Shown in pieces: positions 59,284 to 64,000 of a stretch of DNA of 64,000 bases. Source of the stretch: Promethearchaeota archaeon (GTDB lineage Archaea; Asgardarchaeota; Lokiarchaeia; Sigyniarchaeales; SOKP01); NCBI GenBank assembly GCA_019058365.1, contig JAHPZE010000009.1, forward strand, positions 67,034-131,033, given 5' to 3'. Numbering within the stretch: position 1 is the first letter of the stretch; each line of letters begins with the position of its first letter. The notes under the pieces are model-generated. The model searched no databases, was not told the origin of the DNA, and saw only the letters and a program-made list of their open reading frames with translations. A program made the position numbers and the translations under genes.

Positions 59284-60099
59284 TTAATCCTTAATTAAGT
59301 TATATTTTTTTCCATATTTTCTAAATGATTTAGTACCCCCTCCCTCTTGTAAAACCTGTAGCGTTGCATTTGAATCAAAGATTTTCATTCCGCCAACTAT
59401 ATTCACACCATAATCAAATAAAATATCAGGTATCATACTAGCAGTAGGACCAATTAAAATTATTTTTTGAGCCTTCTTCTTGAATATTTCTAAAATAGAT
59501 TCAAAAGTATTATTGATTAAAGTAGTTCCGGTACAAAATAAGATGTCAGTTGAAATTTCTTCTTGTTTTAATTGATCGATACTATGTTTGAGTTTAATAT
59601 CCTTGAATTCTGGAGAAGTTGAAAGAGTATCCTCTATTACTGTAATTGAAGGAGTGATTTCATAGATCTCTCTTATTAATGGTTTAATGAATCCTATAAA
59701 TGTAACTTTAGTATCTCCATTAATTTTTAGAAGATTTGATATATTTTCTTTTTCAAATTTTTTATATGGATTTACAATTTTTAAAATATGCTGGGAAACA
59801 CCATTTAAAGTGGCGATTCCAATAATTTTTTTAAGACTTGGGGGTTCAAAAGACCAATTTAAAAGCTTGCTGATTGGTTGTTTTGTAAGCTCACCAGCAA
59901 AACTGATGTTACTGCAATTGGTTGTTTTTAAAATGCTTTGCAGGGTCGATGCTAGCCCTAAAAATGGTTCATAAGCATAAGTTGTAACTTCCACACCAGT
60001 ATAACTTACCCCAATTACAACTTTTGTAATTTGAGGGGGTACAATCTTGTGAATTTTATAAATTTGCTTAATTAAATCAACTGTTTTTTCTAAAATCAT
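59284..60099 (-). CDS. DUF364 family (Rossmann-like) protein
   Basis: IGIATLNG, TGTTLINNT and IGPTASMIPD motifs. Confidence 0.85.
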   Translation of the reverse strand: MILEKTVDLIKQIYKIHKIVPPQITKVVIGVSYTGVEVTTYAYEPFLGLASTLQSILKTTNCSNISFAGELTKQPISKLLNWSFEPPSLKKIIGIATLNGVSQHILKIVNPYKKFEKENISNLLKINGDTKVTFIGFIKPLIREIYEITPSITVIEDTLSTSPEFKDIKLKHSIDQLKQEEISTDILFCTGTTLINNTFESILEIFKKKAQKIILIGPTASMIPDILFDYGVNIVGGMKIFDSNATLQVLQEGGGTKSFRKYGKKYNLIKD

Positions 60100-60125
60100 C
60101 GTGTTTGAGCTAAATGGAAATATGA

Positions 60126-60569
60126 TTATTTCTTTATCTCATAAACCGTATCACAATAAGGATCCCCTTCTGCAACTGTTTTAAGAATCTTGAGTTCAAT
60201 CTTATCACTAACCGCTTCACGAAAATACTCGTGGTCAATAGCCATAACCGCTTCACATAATTCTCTAGAAGTATTTTCAAGACCAAATGGGCACTTGGTA
60301 CCTTGAATCTGGAATCTTTCATCCGAGATCGAAATTATTTTAACGAAGTTTTGGTCAAAACTCTTCGAGAATGCTTTAGCGACAGAAGTTAAATTGTTCT
60401 TTGGAAGTTTCTTTTTAACTTTTAGACCCAATGACTGTCCTTGCTTTCTACAAACATTTTTTATAATAGATAAAACTTCTCCTCCAAATTTTTTATACAC
60501 CGCTTTAATTAATAAACCTTGAGCTTCAATTGGATTTACTGGTAATTTATCATCATTATTTTGTTCCAT
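60126..60569 (-). CDS. ATC-hydrolase/V4R-like protein
   Basis: TKCPF..LCEAVMAID..TVAEGDPYCD. Confidence 0.75.
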   Translation of the reverse strand: MEQNNDDKLPVNPIEAQGLLIKAVYKKFGGEVLSIIKNVCRKQGQSLGLKVKKKLPKNNLTSVAKAFSKSFDQNFVKIISISDERFQIQGTKCPFGLENTSRELCEAVMAIDHEYFREAVSDKIELKILKTVAEGDPYCDTVYEIKK

Positions 60570-60725
60570 TTTCCAAAACTCTTTTACTTATTTATTATAC
60601 ATAAAATATGATTGTTTAACAAAATTATACTTGGTTTTTTAGTTTTATTTGCATGTTTTTTTTATTCTGTTTAAATACTAATGATTCTTATATATTGTTA
60701 AAACGCTAATTTATGAGGTTTTACT

Positions 60726-61109
60726 ATGAAATATATAATAATTGAAAATGAAAAAATCGGAGAAATAAAAGCAAAATTATTAATTAATAAAAATCCTAAA
60801 ACATGTCAAGCAATTTGGGATGCTCTTCCATTTGAAGTAAATTTATCAAGGTGGGGCGAGGAATTGTATGGTGATTGCCCTGTTGTAATTCCAGCAGAAC
60901 ATTCTCAAAAAGAATGTGATGTTGGAGATGTGGGGTATTGGATGAGTGGTCAAGGATTCTGTATCTTTTGGGGTCCTACACCAGCGAGTTCAAGCAAGAA
61001 ACCTGTTGCTGCGAGTGCTGTTAATATATTTGCTAAAATTGAAGGTGATACTAAAAAGATTTTTGACCAATTTTCCTCTTTCCAAGGAAAGATTAAAAAA
61101 GGTGAATAA
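60726..61109 (+). CDS. Cyclophilin-like fold protein (DUF369)
   Basis: NPKTCQAIWDALPF, RWGEELY and GDVGYW..FCIFWGPTP. Confidence 0.85.
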   Translation: MKYIIIENEKIGEIKAKLLINKNPKTCQAIWDALPFEVNLSRWGEELYGDCPVVIPAEHSQKECDVGDVGYWMSGQGFCIFWGPTPASSSKKPVAASAVNIFAKIEGDTKKIFDQFSSFQGKIKKGE

Positions 61110-61169
61110 TCCATATAATTCCATTTTTTAATATTATTATTTTAAGTCAATGAGAATAGTGATTTTTTA

Positions 61170-62036
61170 ATGAAAAAGAAATGGTACAAAAGCAAGGTCT
61201 TTGTAATTACGGGAGCTAGTGGTGATATTGGAAGTGAAGTGTGTCGTAAATTTGCTCCCTTAGGAATGAGAATGTATTTACTGGATTTACCCAATACATC
61301 ATTAGATAACTTGAAGGAGGAGCTTAGAGATTTAGGGGCGGAATATGTTGAAAATTTTGAATTTGATGTTGTCAATCGAACTCAGATTGAAGTAGTTATT
61401 AAGAAGATTGGTGAAAAAGAAAAATACATCGATATTTTATATAATAATGCCGGTATAGGAACTACTTGTTCAATAACTAATGGTGGGACCTTTGAAGAAT
61501 ATCGAAAAATCATGTCTATAAACATTGATGGTATATGGTTGGTGCTTCAAACAGCATTACCATTTATTGGACGTCCTGCTCCAACTAAAAAATTTCCCGA
61601 TCGAAAAGAAGGGCAACTTATATTCACTTCAAGCTCAGCGGGAAAAACGGGAATACCTAATATGGCGGCTTACTCAATGAGTAAATTCGCTATTGTTGGC
61701 TTAGCAAATTCTATTCGATTAGAGTATAAAATGCAAAACCATAATATTCAGGTAATTACAATCTGTCCAGCACCGGTAAAAACAAAATTTTGGGAATCTA
61801 CGGTTGAAATGAAGGAGTGGGTAGAGAAATATCAAAAACGTGGCATTTTTTATAAATATGTAGATGTTAAAGATGTTGCAAAGACAGTAATGAAGGCTTC
61901 ACGTAAATACAAAAGGGAAGTTTTTGTTCCAAGATGGTGGTGGCTTTTAGCATGGTTACAGCTTACAAGTCATAAAGCTGTAGGGAAACTTTTAATCAAA
62001 ATAGAAAAAAGTAAAGAAGACATGCCGAAAAGTTAA
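61170..62036 (+). CDS. Short-chain dehydrogenase/reductase
   Basis: TGASGDIG, NNAG and YSMSK motifs. Confidence 0.92.
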   Translation: MKKKWYKSKVFVITGASGDIGSEVCRKFAPLGMRMYLLDLPNTSLDNLKEELRDLGAEYVENFEFDVVNRTQIEVVIKKIGEKEKYIDILYNNAGIGTTCSITNGGTFEEYRKIMSINIDGIWLVLQTALPFIGRPAPTKKFPDRKEGQLIFTSSSAGKTGIPNMAAYSMSKFAIVGLANSIRLEYKMQNHNIQVITICPAPVKTKFWESTVEMKEWVEKYQKRGIFYKYVDVKDVAKTVMKASRKYKREVFVPRWWWLLAWLQLTSHKAVGKLLIKIEKSKEDMPKS

Positions 62037-62163
62037 TTTCATTGGCAGTTTACTTTTTTGTCTCATCAAAATTATGATTTAGTATATACTTATAAATATA
62101 AGTTACATAGAAGAAAAAATAAAGAACTCTTTTTTATAATTATGAGGATATGAAAGATTCATT

Positions 62164-62979
62164 ATGGGAGTTAAAGATAAAGTAAATAATTTTTATAAAT
62201 TGTTAACTCATCCTAAAGTCGTGAAATTTTCATGTATCAGTGCGACAATTGTTTGGATTTCAAGTGTAGTACTAGCAATTCTGATTGGGCAATTAGATCC
62301 TGCAGGTCCTCCTTCCGATCCTGCTGGATTTAATATATTGATTAATTATATTAGCGATTTAGGCAATCTTGACTTAACACCAATGCCTATTATCATTGAT
62401 TTTGGAATGATGCAAACCTCTATATTAATGGTTCCCGTCTCATTCTACTTGAGAAAAGTATTGATAGGGGATAGGTCGAAAAAATTAAGAAAATTATTAG
62501 GTAATTTAACCTTACTCTGTATGCTAATTGCTATGTGTGGATTATTTCTGACTGGAGTAATCTCTGAAGATGTTGGTGGAAAATTGGATAGTATTATTGG
62601 ACCGCCTTTTCCTAATTATTTCTGGCATGATATTGTTGCAGATTTTGCATTTATCTTTTTTATGGTTAGTGGAATTCTAGTTGCATCACAATTTATAATA
62701 TTTCCGGATATCTTAGAACAGCAAATTGGAATGAAACAAACAATTACAATACGTGTATTATTAGCAATAAATTCATGGATATTGACTCCAATCTTTTTTA
62801 CTTTCTTTTATACTGTACCTTATCTTTGGTATACTGATGCATTTTGGACTTTTTTGCCATTGTGGCAATGGGCGCCTTTTTGGGAATGGCTACTTATGTT
62901 TTCACTCTCGGCTTGGATACTGTTGGTGTCAAATCTGTTGCTAATAAAATCATTAAATCGAGAAATGACAAATAAATAG
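62164..62979 (+). CDS. DUF998-like membrane protein
   Basis: NYISDLG, GVISED, WHDIVA and PFWEW; about 6 TM. Confidence 0.7.
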   Translation: MGVKDKVNNFYKLLTHPKVVKFSCISATIVWISSVVLAILIGQLDPAGPPSDPAGFNILINYISDLGNLDLTPMPIIIDFGMMQTSILMVPVSFYLRKVLIGDRSKKLRKLLGNLTLLCMLIAMCGLFLTGVISEDVGGKLDSIIGPPFPNYFWHDIVADFAFIFFMVSGILVASQFIIFPDILEQQIGMKQTITIRVLLAINSWILTPIFFTFFYTVPYLWYTDAFWTFLPLWQWAPFWEWLLMFSLSAWILLVSNLLLIKSLNREMTNK

Positions 62980-63121
62980 TTTTTTTACTTTTTATAATAG
63001 CAATTTTTATCCCTATTTCATTATAGAAAATTAAAATAGAAAAAAAGAAAGAAGATATACATCTTAAAAAATAAACCAAAAATGCAATAAAATTAAAATT
63101 TTTGTATTCTAGACTACTAAT

Positions 63122-63856
63122 ATGATTGAAAAAGCATTTGAACCTTTTGGTATAGCTCTTGAGGATTTTTATAATGGTAAAAAAGGAGTTGAGGTCACTT
63201 TATGTCGAGATGATGGAATAGAATGGAAAGTACCTATTGAATATTTCTTTAGAGGCCCTGAAAATTTTTCAAATATAGAAAAACAAGCACTACAACTATG
63301 TAAAGGTAGAGTTTTAGATATCGGAGCAGGAGTTGGACCACATACCTTGGAACTTCAAAAATTAGGTCTTGAGGTTTATGCAATTGATATATCCTCACAT
63401 GCGTGTCGGATAATGAAAAAAAGAGGGATAAAAAATGTTTAATGTACAGACTGTTATAATTTAAAAATGGGTTCATTTGATACCATTCTTTTATTAGGAC
63501 GTTCAATCGGGTTTGTGGAGAATTTAAATGGAATGAAAAAATTCTTATCTTACTGCAAAACTATCCTAAATCCAGAGGGAATTATAATTCTTGATTCAAT
63601 AGATTTTCCTTCAATTAAAGAACAAAATCTTCTTAAATATCAGGAAAGAAACCGAAAGTTAGGAAAGTATAGTGGTGTGACAATATTTCAAATGAAATAC
63701 AAAAATATCATGGGAGATAAAATCCAAAATTTACAAATAGATCCTGATACACTTAAAGAATGTACGCAAGAGGTAGGATTATCTTGCAAGATCCTTAGTA
63801 TAGAAGAAGATGGAATGTATTTAGCTAAGATTATTAAAATGCCTACCATAACATGA
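63122..63856 (+). pseudogene. Class I SAM-dependent methyltransferase split by one in-frame stop
   Basis: The two track ORFs are in the same frame: ..VLDIGAGVG..RGIKNV*CTDCYNLKMGSFDTILLLG.., with TAA at 63440-63442. Confidence 0.8.
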
Positions 63857-63860
63857 TTAA

Positions 63861-63985
63861 TCGTGAAAGACGGGTTTCACGAACAAAAAATAGAATATTA
63901 AGAAATTTATTTGGGTAGTTACAAAACCCAGTGATGGGTTTTAAGTATTTCGGTATCTTGGTTTCTTATAAAATTGCGAAATACT
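63861..63985. repeat. Cluster of three perfect short inverted repeats
   Basis: TCGTGAAA/TTTCACGA (63861-63882), AAAACCCA/TGGGTTTT (63923-63942) and AGTATTTCG/CGAAATACT (63944-63985). Confidence 0.6.
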
Positions 63986-64000
63986 GGTTCCAAAGTTGCT

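Noticed and set aside
6851-63506. Many short overlapping or antisense track ORFs (e.g. 6851, 7240, 8482, 9901, 13829, 17626, 18483, 23253, 23733, 25274, 28958, 31947, 38823, 41561, 50050, 57452, 59687, 63249)
   Set aside because: They shadow well-supported genes and have no recognisable motifs.
14475-63856. Genome-wide stop-codon reassignment (TAA/TAG read-through)
   Set aside because: Most intact genes end in TAA. The internal TAA/TAG stops occur only in scattered accessory genes, with no sign that they stand for one amino acid.
1-64000. CRISPR array, rRNA, tRNA (including tRNA-Sec), transposase or integrase
   Set aside because: No spaced direct repeats, RNA-gene signatures or recombinase motifs seen by eye.

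Overview
This AT-rich (roughly 30% GC by eye) archaeal chromosomal segment looks like Lokiarchaeia (Asgard archaea). The signs are three tandem Rab-like GTPases, a longin/uDENN-GTPase fusion, an Asgard-type profilin, large repeat-rich surface proteins and GGTGA/GGAGG ribosome-binding sites. The main feature the ORF track misses is a minus-strand selenoprotein operon, hdrA-mvhD-(frhB/fdhB-like). hdrA (40318-42294) reads through two in-frame TGA codons and mvhD (39846-40304) reads through two more, all at conserved Cys positions. One eukaryote-like SECIS hairpin (AUGA...AAA...UGAA, 39765-39837) follows mvhD and appears to serve both genes, and a structured leader precedes hdrA. Other anaerobic metabolism genes: an HdrD with a GltD/NfnB module nested inside its CCG domain, a tungsten AOR with ferredoxin, a corrinoid protein, an MtaA/UroD-family methyltransferase fused to SCP2, a QueG/RdhA-like protein, a GH127 and a bacterial-type GAPDH. 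The window also has a SIR2-TPR protein, a HerA-like ATPase, a RapA/SNF2 helicase, an MNT-HEPN pair with a broken toxin, several pseudogene remnants and three unannotated small membrane proteins. No rRNA, tRNA, CRISPR array or transposase was seen. All family calls come from recognising motifs by eye, with no database search.
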